IMG/VR virus record: IMGVR_UViG_3300036846_000250
Location: 1-57,794 of that record
Source: a virus
Lineage: Duplodnaviria; Caudoviricetes
Strand: one strand, 5' to 3'
Length of the DNA stretch: 57,794 nucleotides
A model generated the notes under the pieces. It was given only the letters and a program-made list of their open reading frames with translations, was not told the origin of the DNA and ran no database searches. This document shows positions 8,155 to 17,751 of this stretch, piece after piece. The stretch's first letter is position 1. Every line of letters starts with the position of its first letter. The position numbers and the translations under genes are program-made.

Positions 8155-9902
8155 CAGCGACGCTCAACGGCAACGGCGAATTGAAACGATTGCCGCGCGG
8201 CATCCTGCTGGGCGCGGACGGCGAGATCATGCGACCGACAAACGCGAGCGCGGCGTTGCTGCCGCTCTACGGCGGCTTGGGCGGTGGGACTGGCTACGGG
8301 AACTACGGTGCGAATGTCACGAAAAATTCTTTGCTCGGCTGGCTCTGGCGCGGTGGCGATGCGGACGCCGACATAGGTCTGAACATCGACGTGCTTCGGC
8401 AGCGTTCACGCGACGCCTTCATGGGCATTCCACTCGCGGCTGGCGCTGTCGAAACGCTCGATACAAACGTGATCGGCGAAGGCTTGTATGCCGCTCCGAA
8501 TCCGGACGGCAAGGTGCTCGGACTCTCCGACGACAAGACGGCGGAACTGGCCAAGGAATTGACCGACAAATTCGACTGGTGGGCGACCGATCCCTGCGAG
8601 TGCGACTGGGAAAAGAAACACAATTTCTATGTGCAACAGCACATCGCGTTTCAGTCGATGCTGCTCAGTGGCGACTGTCCGGTCTTGTTTCCTCTGAAAC
8701 CTCGACCGAACACGATGTTCGATTTGCGCCTGCGCATCTTGGAGGCCGACCGGATTCGCAATCCGAATCTCGGCAATCTGACGAAAAACATTTACAACGG
8801 TGTCGAGATCGATAACGACGGCGAGCTGTTGGCATACCACATTTGGGACAGGCACCCACTGGCGTTGACGCAGTTCTGGTTCGCGCCTCCGATCCCGAAC
8901 GTGACGCGCGTCGAGCCGTTCGGCGCACAGAGCGGACGCCGGAACATGGTGCTCTTGATGCGTCCGGAACGACCGGAGCAACGGCGCGGTGCGCCTATCC
9001 TGAGCGTGTGCTTGGAACTGTTGAAGCAACAAGGGCGCTACGTGGACGCCACTGTGCTCGGCGCGGTTATCCAAAGTTATTTCACGGCGTTCATCACATC
9101 CGAATTTCCTGATCCGACGCTGCTGGATTCGCTGCTGACCGACGAGCAAAAGAAACAGATCGCCGACTTGAATCCTTACAACGTGCAGCTCGGACCCGGC
9201 GTGGTGAATTTCATGCGACCTGGCCACGAAGTGAAATTCTCAAACCCGACGCAGCCGACAGCGACGTTCGGAGAGTTCTCGATCGCGTGCGCCAAGTTCG
9301 TTGGTTCTGCGACCGGAATCCCCTACGAGGTTTTGCTCAAACAGTTCAACGCCAGCTACAGCGCGAGCCGCGCGGCGCTGCTGGATTTCTGGCGGCGCGT
9401 GCGCAAGTATCGCGCCTTGATGGTCGATGGTATGTGCCAGCCGACCTACGAGGAATGGATGGCCGACGCGGTCTACTTGAATCGCCTCGACAATTTCAAG
9501 GGCAATTTTGACGATCCGTTTATTCGACGCGCCCTGTGCCGGTGCGTGTGGACTGGCAATTCTGCTGGCTCGTTAGACCCGCAAAAGGAGGTCAGTGCTG
9601 CCGACCTGAAAGTGAAATGCGGCTTCTCGACCATCGAGCGTGAGTCGATGGAATTGAACGGCAGCAATTGGCGCGACAACGTCCGGCAGCAGGCGACCGA
9701 GAAAACGGAATTCGAGGACGCCGACTTGATCTTTCCGCCTGACAGACCGACGCAAATCAGGGAACAGGAAACGCCGACGACTGCCGGAGGCCAGCCGCCT
9801 GCGCCTGCGGTTCCGGCTGCTCCGAAGCCGAAAGGCCAGCCAGCGGCGCGACAGCGGCCGCATGAACTGGCCAGCGGCACAAGTGGGAGGTTTGAACGAT
9901 GA
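8151..9902 (+). CDS. Portal protein, lambda family
   Basis: LRQRSRD, LEADRI, NGVEID..GELLAYHI, RPEQRRGAP, IPYEVL..FNASYSASRAAL, LDPQKE. Confidence 0.95.
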   Translation: MTATLNGNGELKRLPRGILLGADGEIMRPTNASAALLPLYGGLGGGTGYGNYGANVTKNSLLGWLWRGGDADADIGLNIDVLRQRSRDAFMGIPLAAGAVETLDTNVIGEGLYAAPNPDGKVLGLSDDKTAELAKELTDKFDWWATDPCECDWEKKHNFYVQQHIAFQSMLLSGDCPVLFPLKPRPNTMFDLRLRILEADRIRNPNLGNLTKNIYNGVEIDNDGELLAYHIWDRHPLALTQFWFAPPIPNVTRVEPFGAQSGRRNMVLLMRPERPEQRRGAPILSVCLELLKQQGRYVDATVLGAVIQSYFTAFITSEFPDPTLLDSLLTDEQKKQIADLNPYNVQLGPGVVNFMRPGHEVKFSNPTQPTATFGEFSIACAKFVGSATGIPYEVLLKQFNASYSASRAALLDFWRRVRKYRALMVDGMCQPTYEEWMADAVYLNRLDNFKGNFDDPFIRRALCRCVWTGNSAGSLDPQKEVSAADLKVKCGFSTIERESMELNGSNWRDNVRQQATEKTEFEDADLIFPPDRPTQIREQETPTTAGGQPPAPAVPAAPKPKGQPAARQRPHELASGTSGRFER

Positions 9903-11086
9903 ACGCACTACCAACAGACTACTACAAATTCACTTGCGAAGCTGGCGACGAGCCGACTGTCGCGGAACTTTTGATCTTCGACGTCATTGGCAACTGGGAG
10001 GAAATCGGCGAAGTCTCAGCGAAAGCGTTCGCACGCGACTTGGCTGCGCTGCCGAAAAGCGTGAAGCGCCTCGACCTGCACATCAACAGCCCCGGCGGTT
10101 CGATCTTCGATGCACAGGCGATTTACTCGCGGCTGGCCGATCATGCGAGCACGAAAAACGTCTACATCGACGGACTGGCCGCGAGCGCGGCATCTGTCAT
10201 TGCGATGGTCGGACACAAAATTTACATGCGGTCGAATGCGACCATGATGATGCATTTGCCCTCCGGATTCTCGATCGGCAATGCAGACGACATGCGCAAA
10301 ATGGCCTCCGCTCTGGACACGCTGACGGAGTCGATGATCAATGTCTACGCTCGGCGAAGCGGCTTGCAGCGTGACGAAATTCGCGGCCTGCTCGCAGCCG
10401 AAAGCTGGTTCTCGCCCGAGCAGGCCGTGAACAAAGGTTTTGCCGACGAAGTGCGCGGCGTGGTCAAGGCTGCGGCCTCGTTAGGCAACAAGCGATTTTC
10501 TTTCAACGGAGCGACTTTCAATCTGTCTCGGTTCTCCAACATTCCGGCGTTTGCCGATCAACAACCAACACGAGGAACACAAACCATGAACACACAAGCA
10601 CCGCCTTCGGGCGATCCACCGCCGACGCCGCCTGCGAGTCCGCCGACGCCGCCTGCGAATCCACCAACTCCACCGAATCCGCCGCCGAACGATCCGCCGC
10701 CGCCGAACACAGCGCCTGCGCCTGCTGCGCCTGCTGCGCCTGCGGCTGCTGCGGAGACTGACGTGCAACGCGGCGTCCGGCAGGAACGCGAGCGCGTGAC
10801 AGCGTTGCAGGCGCTCGATAGGCCAGCGACGCACACGATCATCGAGGCCGCGATCAAAGACGGAATGTCTGTCGCGGACGTGACCGCCGCGTGCATCGAC
10901 GCGATGGACAAAGCGTCGAGGCAAAACGCGAGGCGAGCGGACGCCAGCGTGCTTACGAGAGTTCCTGGCAGCACGACCGAACTTGTGCAGGAGGATGAAA
11001 ACGATTTCGGTGCGCTGCTGACACGCAAGGTGAAAGCCTGCGTGAAATCGCGCGGCCACAGGTCAGCTTTGAACAGTCGAAACTAA
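9899..11086 (+). CDS. ClpP-type head maturation protease fused to scaffold via Pro-rich linker
   Basis: HINSPGGS, IDGLAASAASVI, MMMH, ESWFSPEQAVNKGFAD; C-terminal QERERV..LQAL. Confidence 0.92.
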   Translation: MNALPTDYYKFTCEAGDEPTVAELLIFDVIGNWEEIGEVSAKAFARDLAALPKSVKRLDLHINSPGGSIFDAQAIYSRLADHASTKNVYIDGLAASAASVIAMVGHKIYMRSNATMMMHLPSGFSIGNADDMRKMASALDTLTESMINVYARRSGLQRDEIRGLLAAESWFSPEQAVNKGFADEVRGVVKAAASLGNKRFSFNGATFNLSRFSNIPAFADQQPTRGTQTMNTQAPPSGDPPPTPPASPPTPPANPPTPPNPPPNDPPPPNTAPAPAAPAAPAAAAETDVQRGVRQERERVTALQALDRPATHTIIEAAIKDGMSVADVTAACIDAMDKASRQNARRADASVLTRVPGSTTELVQEDENDFGALLTRKVKACVKSRGHRSALNSRN

Positions 11087-11123
11087 AAACCAACCAACAA
11101 TCGAAAGGGAAAAAACAAAGAAC

Positions 11124-11627
11124 ATGAAATCAATTCTACAGCGCGTTCGCTGGTCGATCGCGCTACTCGTCGCGTCTTTGATCGTTGCGCTTCATCGCCT
11201 TGGCAAGCCTGCTGGCGTCGAAGCGTTCAACGCGATCAGCGGCACGACATTTAATCCGTGGCCGCTGCTCAGTCACGACGACGATCCAGACTGGAAAGTC
11301 GTTCGCTTTCCTTACAGCGGCGGACCTCCGTTGAACACGGTCAAACCCGGCTACCTCGTAAAGTTCGATGCGGCAGGCGCGACGGTGCTCGGTGCAGTCG
11401 CAGCGGATGACGCTGCGCTGGCTGGCGTGATTCTCGACGTTGGTGGCACCGACGTGGCGAATCCGAACGACACGACAGTCGGCATCGGGCTGACCGGATC
11501 ATACGACAAGAACACAATCAAATACGCTGACGGCACACAGCCGATCAGTCCGGCTGGTGTGGCACGCCTGCGCGCGATCCAGATTTATCTCGACGCAGCA
11601 ATTCCTGCTGGCGGTTTTGCTCCCTGA
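11124..11627 (+). CDS. Head decoration protein (gpD-like) with hydrophobic N-terminal extension
   Basis: Position between protease and capsid; TGSY...LRAIQIYL C-terminus typical of this family. Confidence 0.7.
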   Translation: MKSILQRVRWSIALLVASLIVALHRLGKPAGVEAFNAISGTTFNPWPLLSHDDDPDWKVVRFPYSGGPPLNTVKPGYLVKFDAAGATVLGAVAADDAALAGVILDVGGTDVANPNDTTVGIGLTGSYDKNTIKYADGTQPISPAGVARLRAIQIYLDAAIPAGGFAP

Positions 11628-11665
11628 GTCAAATCAACAATCAACAAAAGAAAAAAAATTAAGAT

Positions 11666-13066
11666 ATGCCTCTAAATCCTGCATACGAAACCAAAACGCT
11701 GCTCGCGCCGTTTGAACAAGGGCCACTGGTCCCGACGTTCTTGCGCGACACGTTTTTCACTGGCCGCGACTATCCAGCAACGAACTTGATCGAGTTCGAC
11801 TTCCGGCGTGGCCGACGCAAAATGGCTCCTTTCGTTGCCCCGCTCGTCGGTGGCAAACTGATGGAGCGTCAAGGCTTCGAGACTCGGTTCTTCCGAGCGC
11901 CGCGCATCGCACCTGTCAGGGCGCTGCGCACGCCTGATCTCGAGGCGAGAATGATGGGCGAAAACATCTATAGCGCACGCTCGCCTGCGGATCGCGCTGC
12001 TGAACTGCTCGCCGAGGACGCGGTGTTCTGCGACGAAGCGATTTCTCGACGCGAGGAATGGATGTGCCGCAACGTGCTGGTCAATGGTGCGCTGACTGTG
12101 ACTGCCGACACTGGCTACCAGATGGTCGTCGATTACACTCAGTCGAGTGCTGGCGCGGCGAACAACCACTACATCCCTGCGACGAAGTGGGATCAGGCCG
12201 GAAGCGATCCGCTCGGCGACCTTGAAGCTGCTCGCCTTGCGACGATCAAGGACAGCGGCATCGCGCCCAACGTGGCGCTGTTCGGCGTGAACGCTGCCAA
12301 GGTGTTCATCCGGAACGCAATGGTGGCACAATTGCTGGACAAGATGCGCTACGCGATTGCGACCATCGAGCCGGTCATTCAGGACGACTCGGTCGTTAGG
12401 TTCGGAAAAGTTCCCGGCATGGAGCTTTACGAATACGCGGAATATTTCGAGGACGACGTCGGAACGATCTTTCCGATGCTGCCCGACAATTTCGTGATGC
12501 TGCTTTCGACCAACGCGCCGAACAAGATCGTCTACGGCTGCTTCACGCAGCTCGAGGACGCCAAGGCGAAACGGTTCGTCAGCTACCAGCAGTCTCGGAT
12601 TCCGTTCATCTACGGCGACGAGGAGGGCGGTGCGCTGTTCTACCGGCTGACGAGTTTGCCGCTGCCGATGCCTGCGGACATTTTGGGCTTCCGTATCGTC
12701 GAGGCGTTGACCATGACCTATCCGGCAACGGCACCGGAGGGCGCACGACGGTTCGTCGAAGGCGACGCGGTGCTCGATGAACTGACTGGCGAGATCACCG
12801 GCGACCCCGAGGAAGCTGCGAAGCTGAAAGAGGAAGCGGCACAGAGGGCCGAGGAACGAAAGAACACGACCTCGACTGCGAACTGGAAATCGGCCAAAGC
12901 CAACGGTGGCGAAGGCAACGGCGGCGGCGTGAACGATCTTGAGAGCAAGACGGTTCACGAACTAAAAGACATTGCGGACGACGAGGACATCGACATTGCG
13001 GGGCTGTCACGCAAAGACGATATCATCGACGCGATCCGCGCGGCTCGGGAGGCCCGAAAGAAATAA
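11666..13066 (+). CDS. Major capsid protein (lambda GpE family) with C-terminal Rho-N/HeH-like extension
   Basis: FLRDTFF, MAPFVAP, ISRREEWMC, KWD...DPLGDL, SLPLP; tail LESKTVHELKDIA...RKDDIIDAI. Confidence 0.92.
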   Translation: MPLNPAYETKTLLAPFEQGPLVPTFLRDTFFTGRDYPATNLIEFDFRRGRRKMAPFVAPLVGGKLMERQGFETRFFRAPRIAPVRALRTPDLEARMMGENIYSARSPADRAAELLAEDAVFCDEAISRREEWMCRNVLVNGALTVTADTGYQMVVDYTQSSAGAANNHYIPATKWDQAGSDPLGDLEAARLATIKDSGIAPNVALFGVNAAKVFIRNAMVAQLLDKMRYAIATIEPVIQDDSVVRFGKVPGMELYEYAEYFEDDVGTIFPMLPDNFVMLLSTNAPNKIVYGCFTQLEDAKAKRFVSYQQSRIPFIYGDEEGGALFYRLTSLPLPMPADILGFRIVEALTMTYPATAPEGARRFVEGDAVLDELTGEITGDPEEAAKLKEEAAQRAEERKNTTSTANWKSAKANGGEGNGGGVNDLESKTVHELKDIADDEDIDIAGLSRKDDIIDAIRAAREARKK

Positions 13067-13092
13067 GCTTATCACCGTTTGATGATAAGCTT
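13065..13092 (+). repeat. 28-bp palindromic element, copy 4 (variant spacer)
   Basis: AAGCTTATCACCGTTTGATGATAAGCTT overlapping the capsid stop codon. Confidence 0.9.
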
Positions 13093-13100
13093 TCCTGACT

Positions 13101-13469
13101 ATGGCGCTGCGTGACCAGTTCGTTCCGGATATCGACAATATCTGGATGCGGTTGGATGAGTTTGCGACCGAACGTGAGTTTCGCATCGGCGATGGTCAGG
13201 GCGGCTTCAAGGTGTTTCGCTGCCCTGTGGTGTGGGACAAGGATGCGGTGCGAAAACAACCACTGGTGACGGTTCATGGCGTATTCATGGGCGACGTTCG
13301 CTGCTATATCGCACACAGATACCTGCCACGCGCTCCGCTGGCCGGAGAGATCATTTACTCTCCGGCCAATACGCCGTGGGAAGTAATCGACTGCACGGAC
13401 GCCGAAAGCCTCTACGAACTGTCGCTGGCGATGTATCGCTCGCAGCCACATCGATACGGAGCAAACTAA
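13101..13469 (+). CDS. Head closure/head-tail adaptor
   Basis: D..DIDNI...DEFA motif; position after the capsid gene. Confidence 0.7.
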   Translation: MALRDQFVPDIDNIWMRLDEFATEREFRIGDGQGGFKVFRCPVVWDKDAVRKQPLVTVHGVFMGDVRCYIAHRYLPRAPLAGEIIYSPANTPWEVIDCTDAESLYELSLAMYRSQPHRYGAN

Positions 13470-14029
13470 TGGTTGCGATCCAGATCGATGCGAGGGAACT
13501 GCAGAAGCTGCAAAAGCAGATCGCCCATATCAAGGGCGCTGTGCCGAGAGCGACCTCGATCGCGGTTAATCGCGCTCTGAATAAAGGGCGGACGGAAGTG
13601 AAACGCGAGATCCGGAAAATCTACGAGATCAAAGCAAAAGACATTCCGGTGCAGGTCGTCGGGGCCAGTGTCGTTAGGCCTTACGGCTACGTGACACTGA
13701 AACAGGGAATGCTGGACTTGAACAAGTTCAAGGTGCAGCCCAAGGGCGTGCAGCATAAAACTCCACGACGCCCGATCAAGGCGACGGTGCGGCGCGGCCG
13801 AGGCGGCATGATCGCACACGGGTTCGTTGCTGCGATGCCAAGCGGTTACACTGGGCCGTTCGTGCGCGTCGGGAAGTCGCGCCATCCGATCCGGAAACTG
13901 CTGGCGATCAGCTCGGCGATCATGGCGAGCCAGCCGAGCGTTGCGCCTGCGGTTGAAAAAGCGATGACCGACACAATGGCTTTGTCGATGAACCAACAAA
14001 TCAAACGCATACTGAAACCGAAAGGTTAA
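13469..14029 (+). CDS. Minor tail/neck protein (gpZ-like)
   Basis: AVNRALNKGRT..KREI...Y.IKAKDI, F.R.GKSR.PI; TAATG coupling. Confidence 0.8.
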   Translation: MVAIQIDARELQKLQKQIAHIKGAVPRATSIAVNRALNKGRTEVKREIRKIYEIKAKDIPVQVVGASVVRPYGYVTLKQGMLDLNKFKVQPKGVQHKTPRRPIKATVRRGRGGMIAHGFVAAMPSGYTGPFVRVGKSRHPIRKLLAISSAIMASQPSVAPAVEKAMTDTMALSMNQQIKRILKPKG

Positions 14030-14035
14030 AAAAAT

Positions 14036-14197
14036 ATGAGCGGATACAAAGTTCTGCTGCTGTGCGGCGCGATTGCGTTCCTGATCGGTGCGCTTGCGCC
14101 TGTGATATTCGTTGCGCCTGCGACACCGCGTGCGCTGAACTGGCTGTGCCTCGGCGCGTCATTCGTGACGTTCGCGGTCTTTATCGGAGCACATTGA
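14036..14197 (+). CDS. Small two-TM membrane protein (53 aa; holin candidate)
   Basis: MSGYKVLLLCGAIAFLIGALAPVIF...LNWLCLGASFVTFAVFIGAH, translated by hand. Confidence 0.6.
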   Translation: MSGYKVLLLCGAIAFLIGALAPVIFVAPATPRALNWLCLGASFVTFAVFIGAH

Positions 14198-14199
14198 CC

Positions 14200-14352
14200 A
14201 TGGGAACAATTCTTATCATCATTCTGATCCTGCTGCTGCTCGGCGCGTTTCCACGCTGGCCATACAGCACAGGCTGGGGCTACGGGCCGAGCGGTTTGCT
14301 CGGGTTAATTTTGGTTATCGTGATCATCCTCCTGTTGTTAGGCAAATTATAA
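14200..14352 (+). CDS. DUF3309-like small membrane protein
   Basis: MGTILIIILILLLLGAFPRWPYSTGWGYGPSGLLGLILVIVIILLLLGKL matches the family pattern. Confidence 0.85.
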   Translation: MGTILIIILILLLLGAFPRWPYSTGWGYGPSGLLGLILVIVIILLLLGKL

Positions 14353-14355
14353 ATC

Positions 14356-14562
14356 ATGAAATACGTCGCATTCACGATGCAGTGCAAATGGTCTGGCGAA
14401 GTCAAAGGCGGCTTCCTGAGCGTTCTTGAGGGAAAACAATTTGACACCATGCTCATTGAGTTCTGCGAGAACACAGGCATGCAGCCTATTGGCGGTGTAT
14501 CGGTGACGCCGCAGGGCACAACGTTTTTGGTGACGCAGTCGTTGGTCGAAGCTGTGCCATGA
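14356..14562 (+). CDS. Hypothetical protein
   Basis: Fills the gap; ATGA overlap with next gene. Confidence 0.55.
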   Translation: MKYVAFTMQCKWSGEVKGGFLSVLEGKQFDTMLIEFCENTGMQPIGGVSVTPQGTTFLVTQSLVEAVP

Positions 14563-15290
14563 CGCCGACGCCTGTCACACCGCCTGAGCGCGACTTCGGT
14601 CGTCGCGCACAGAGCGTCTACGATCTGGAAGTGACGCTGGTCGCTTTCATTAAACGCATCGTGGACGGCTACCGGTTTGACAATCCGGCTGTGAATTACG
14701 AGCAGCAGACTGGGGCGTTTCCAAAAAATTACGATCCCGACCAGCCGCCTGTGCCGTTCGATCCGACGGCGCGAGCGCAAACGCTGGCAAGCAAATTTCC
14801 GCCGCGCGTCGAGCGTGGTCGCGTTCCTCGGACGGTGACAGGCGAACTGGTGGTCGACAAGATGCCGGATTTCCCTGCGATACTGGTGCAGTCGATCAGC
14901 GCCGAAGTGGGAAACAAGGAGACGATTGCGACGGTGCGGATCTTCGTGAACATGTATGACGAGAATCCGAACAGCAGCGGCTATCAGGACTGCTTGAATA
15001 TTCTCGAAGCGCTGGCGATTGCGCTGACCAGCTACGGGCAGCAGGGCATCGATCAGGCCTACGTGATCGTGATGCCTTTTGAGTGGCGGCTACTTGAGAA
15101 TGACACGTTCCCACACTATATCGGGGAAATGACGACACAGTGGGAATTGCCGAGCGGACGGCCGTTGCCGGACTCTGAGACGTTCGGGCTGTTGCCGATT
15201 CCTGCGGAGCACATCGACCTGAGTCTGGATAAAGCGCCGCCGCAGCGGTTTGACATGAGCGGTGGCGAAATTACACCGGAGGGACAATGA
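14559..15290 (+). CDS. Tail completion/terminator-like protein
   Basis: FPAILVQ...GYQDCLNILE...TFPHY.G pattern; position upstream of sheath. Confidence 0.6.
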   Translation: MTPTPVTPPERDFGRRAQSVYDLEVTLVAFIKRIVDGYRFDNPAVNYEQQTGAFPKNYDPDQPPVPFDPTARAQTLASKFPPRVERGRVPRTVTGELVVDKMPDFPAILVQSISAEVGNKETIATVRIFVNMYDENPNSSGYQDCLNILEALAIALTSYGQQGIDQAYVIVMPFEWRLLENDTFPHYIGEMTTQWELPSGRPLPDSETFGLLPIPAEHIDLSLDKAPPQRFDMSGGEITPEGQ

Positions 15291-15622
15291 CCACAGCGAG
15301 GCTAATCACAGGACAAGTGATCTACATGGGACCACAAGTGCCGCATCTTGGCCTGAGCTACAGCAACATTTTCCGAGACGGAATCTACAAGCATCTTTAC
15401 GATTCGATCGCCAAATGCCCTGCGCTCGGACAACTGTTCGTTCCGATCAAAGAGTGCGCTGTCGTTAGGCGCGAACTGAATTTTGATTACACCCACAATA
15501 TGCGCGGCACGACAGGCCGCCACGTAACGTTTTACCGCGAAGTCCAGAAATGGCTCGCACAACGCAAACCAAAAGAAACAAAGCCTTCGGGCGTCACCAT
15601 GGAACAAATAAAACATGCCTAA
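15287..15622 (+). CDS. Conserved pre-sheath hypothetical protein
   Basis: IYMGP....GL....IF.DG...CPAL..LFVP pattern. Confidence 0.65.
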   Translation: MTTARLITGQVIYMGPQVPHLGLSYSNIFRDGIYKHLYDSIAKCPALGQLFVPIKECAVVRRELNFDYTHNMRGTTGRHVTFYREVQKWLAQRKPKETKPSGVTMEQIKHA

Positions 15623-17114
15623 TCTCGGACCATTCAAACACGGCGTTAGCTGGGCGGACGTTCCCACTAGCGTCATTGCGCCTGTTCAAGCAGACGTAGG
15701 AATCAACGTCGTTTTCGGCTCAGCGCCTCTCCATCTGCATCCAAACGGAAAGGATTTTGTAAACAAGCCCCGCGTTTACAACCGCTACGAGGACGCCGTA
15801 GCGGAGCAGGGCTATTCAAACAACTGGAACACCTACGATATCTGCGAGCACATGGACGCGGTTTTCGTTGAGTTCGGCGTTTACCCAGTGATCTACGTGG
15901 CGGTCAACGACCCTGAGCACAACGCCACGGTTGTCCCGCCTGCGCCGTTTCCTCTGGTCAACGGCCAAGTGGACACAGGGCTTGAACTGATTCGCTGGCT
16001 GACTGTGGTCAAAGATGAGACCGGCGCGACTACATACGTCGAGGGCACCGACTACTTGGTGTCGCTGTCGGCCAACAATACAACGATCATCACGCGCATC
16101 GCAGGCGGCGCGATTGTGAACGACGACGACACGATCGAAGTCAGCGGCAGTTCACCGAGCGCTGCGCCAATCGACTCTGCTGACATCATCGGCGGCATCG
16201 ACATTAACACTGGCGCACGCCACGGCCTTGAAGTGATCGAGGACGTTTTCCAAGCGACCGGCTACATACCTGGCGTGATCATCTGCCCGAAGTTCTCGAG
16301 CGATCCGGTTGTCGCTGCGGCGATGGAAGCGAAGTCGGAGAACATCAACGGCTGCTTTGCCTGCACATGCCTGATCGACGTGGACACCAAAGTGGTGAAA
16401 AAAACGCAGGACGTGAACGCGTGGAAAAATGCGAACAACATCGTTTTCCCGCGACAGGAATGCTTGTTCGGCAAACCTGCGCTGGTCGGCACGACGCAGA
16501 AAAAAGTCTACAATTTTGCGTCGCAGCAGGGACCGCTCCTCCAGTGGACGGATATCTACCGAGGCGACGGCCTGCCGTATTACTCGCCGTCGAACAAAAA
16601 CCTGCGGATGAATTCGCTACAGCTCGACAACGGCGACGAGATCAACATGCATCTGCTCGACGCAAACATGCTCAACGGGCAGGGCGTGATCACGGCTCTT
16701 AACTGGATCGGCGGCTGGCGGTCGTGGGGCAACCGGACGGCGTGCTACCCGAGCGACACGGACGTGCATGACATGTTCATTCCGGTGCGCCGGATGTTCG
16801 ATTACATCGGGAACACGATCGTGCTGACCATCTGGCAAAAAGTGGACGAACCCGGCAATCGCCGGCTGATCGACGCCATCGTGAATTCGTTGCAGCTCTG
16901 GCTTGACGGCCTGACGAATCAGCAGGCCTTGTTAGGCGCACGCATCGAGTTTCGGCAGGACGAGAATCCGACGACAGAACTGCTCAACGGGCACTATCTG
17001 TTCCACGTTTATTTCGCAGTCCCGACGCCAGCCGAGTGGCTGGACTTCCGGCTCGAATACTGGGTTCCGTATCTGGCCAATCTGTTTACGACGGACGAAA
17101 CCGCAGTCGCTTAA
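15615..17114 (+). CDS. Contractile tail sheath protein
   Basis: FKHGV, APLH, IIGG, GLEVIE, SPSNK, LNGQGVITALN..GGWRSWGNRTACYP, FIPVRRMFD. Confidence 0.95.
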   Translation: MPNLGPFKHGVSWADVPTSVIAPVQADVGINVVFGSAPLHLHPNGKDFVNKPRVYNRYEDAVAEQGYSNNWNTYDICEHMDAVFVEFGVYPVIYVAVNDPEHNATVVPPAPFPLVNGQVDTGLELIRWLTVVKDETGATTYVEGTDYLVSLSANNTTIITRIAGGAIVNDDDTIEVSGSSPSAAPIDSADIIGGIDINTGARHGLEVIEDVFQATGYIPGVIICPKFSSDPVVAAAMEAKSENINGCFACTCLIDVDTKVVKKTQDVNAWKNANNIVFPRQECLFGKPALVGTTQKKVYNFASQQGPLLQWTDIYRGDGLPYYSPSNKNLRMNSLQLDNGDEINMHLLDANMLNGQGVITALNWIGGWRSWGNRTACYPSDTDVHDMFIPVRRMFDYIGNTIVLTIWQKVDEPGNRRLIDAIVNSLQLWLDGLTNQQALLGARIEFRQDENPTTELLNGHYLFHVYFAVPTPAEWLDFRLEYWVPYLANLFTTDETAVA

Positions 17115-17141
17115 CTGCATTAACCACAGGAGAAAAATAAA

Positions 17142-17672
17142 ATGCTAATCCCGAATCACGTCACTAATTACTCGATCTTTTTGCAAGGCAAACGGCTGAT
17201 TGGAATCGCCGACGTGACCTTGCCGAAACTGGAAAATCTCGCCGACACGCTGAAGGGCAGCGGCATCTTTGGCGAGATCGACATGCCGGTGCAGGCGCAT
17301 TTCAAGCCATACTCGGTGCTGTTGAAATGGCTGACGATTTGCGACGCGGCCGTTTACGCCACGATACAGGACGGCGCACAGCTCGACGCGTGGGTCGCCA
17401 ATCAGTATCACGACAGCGGCACGAACAAGATCATCCACCAAGGCTGGCGCTTCATCATGGGCACAGCGCCCAAAGGCTTCAACATGGGAAAACTTGAAGT
17501 CGGCACGAAGGGCGACGACGAGAGCGAATACGAATTGATCAGTCTCCGCGCCTTGCGCGACGACCAGATCATGTTCGAGATCGACAAAGAGAACGCGGTC
17601 TGCCGCTGGTGGGACGGCATCCAGCTGGTCGACAACGCGTTGCGAATCCGGCAACTGATCGGACTGGGATAA
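17142..17672 (+). CDS. Tail tube protein (P2 FII-like)
   Basis: GIADVTLPKL...TLKGSGIFGEID, EIDKEN; follows the sheath. Confidence 0.9.
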   Translation: MLIPNHVTNYSIFLQGKRLIGIADVTLPKLENLADTLKGSGIFGEIDMPVQAHFKPYSVLLKWLTICDAAVYATIQDGAQLDAWVANQYHDSGTNKIIHQGWRFIMGTAPKGFNMGKLEVGTKGDDESEYELISLRALRDDQIMFEIDKENAVCRWWDGIQLVDNALRIRQLIGLG

Positions 17673-17698
17673 GCTTATCTGCATTTGGTGATAAGCTT
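17671..17698 (+). repeat. 28-bp palindromic element, copy 5
   Basis: AAGCTTATCTGCATTTGGTGATAAGCTT overlapping the tube stop codon. Confidence 0.95.
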
Positions 17699-17751
17699 GC
17701 CCGACCGATGAAAGGTTTGACATTGTGACCGGACTGTGGTGAAAGGTCTTC

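Noticed and set aside
10600-10755. CCGCCGACGCCGCCTGCG and GCGCCTGCT tandem repeats
   Set aside because: They encode the Pro/Ala-rich linker of the protease-scaffold protein; ordinary low-complexity coding sequence.
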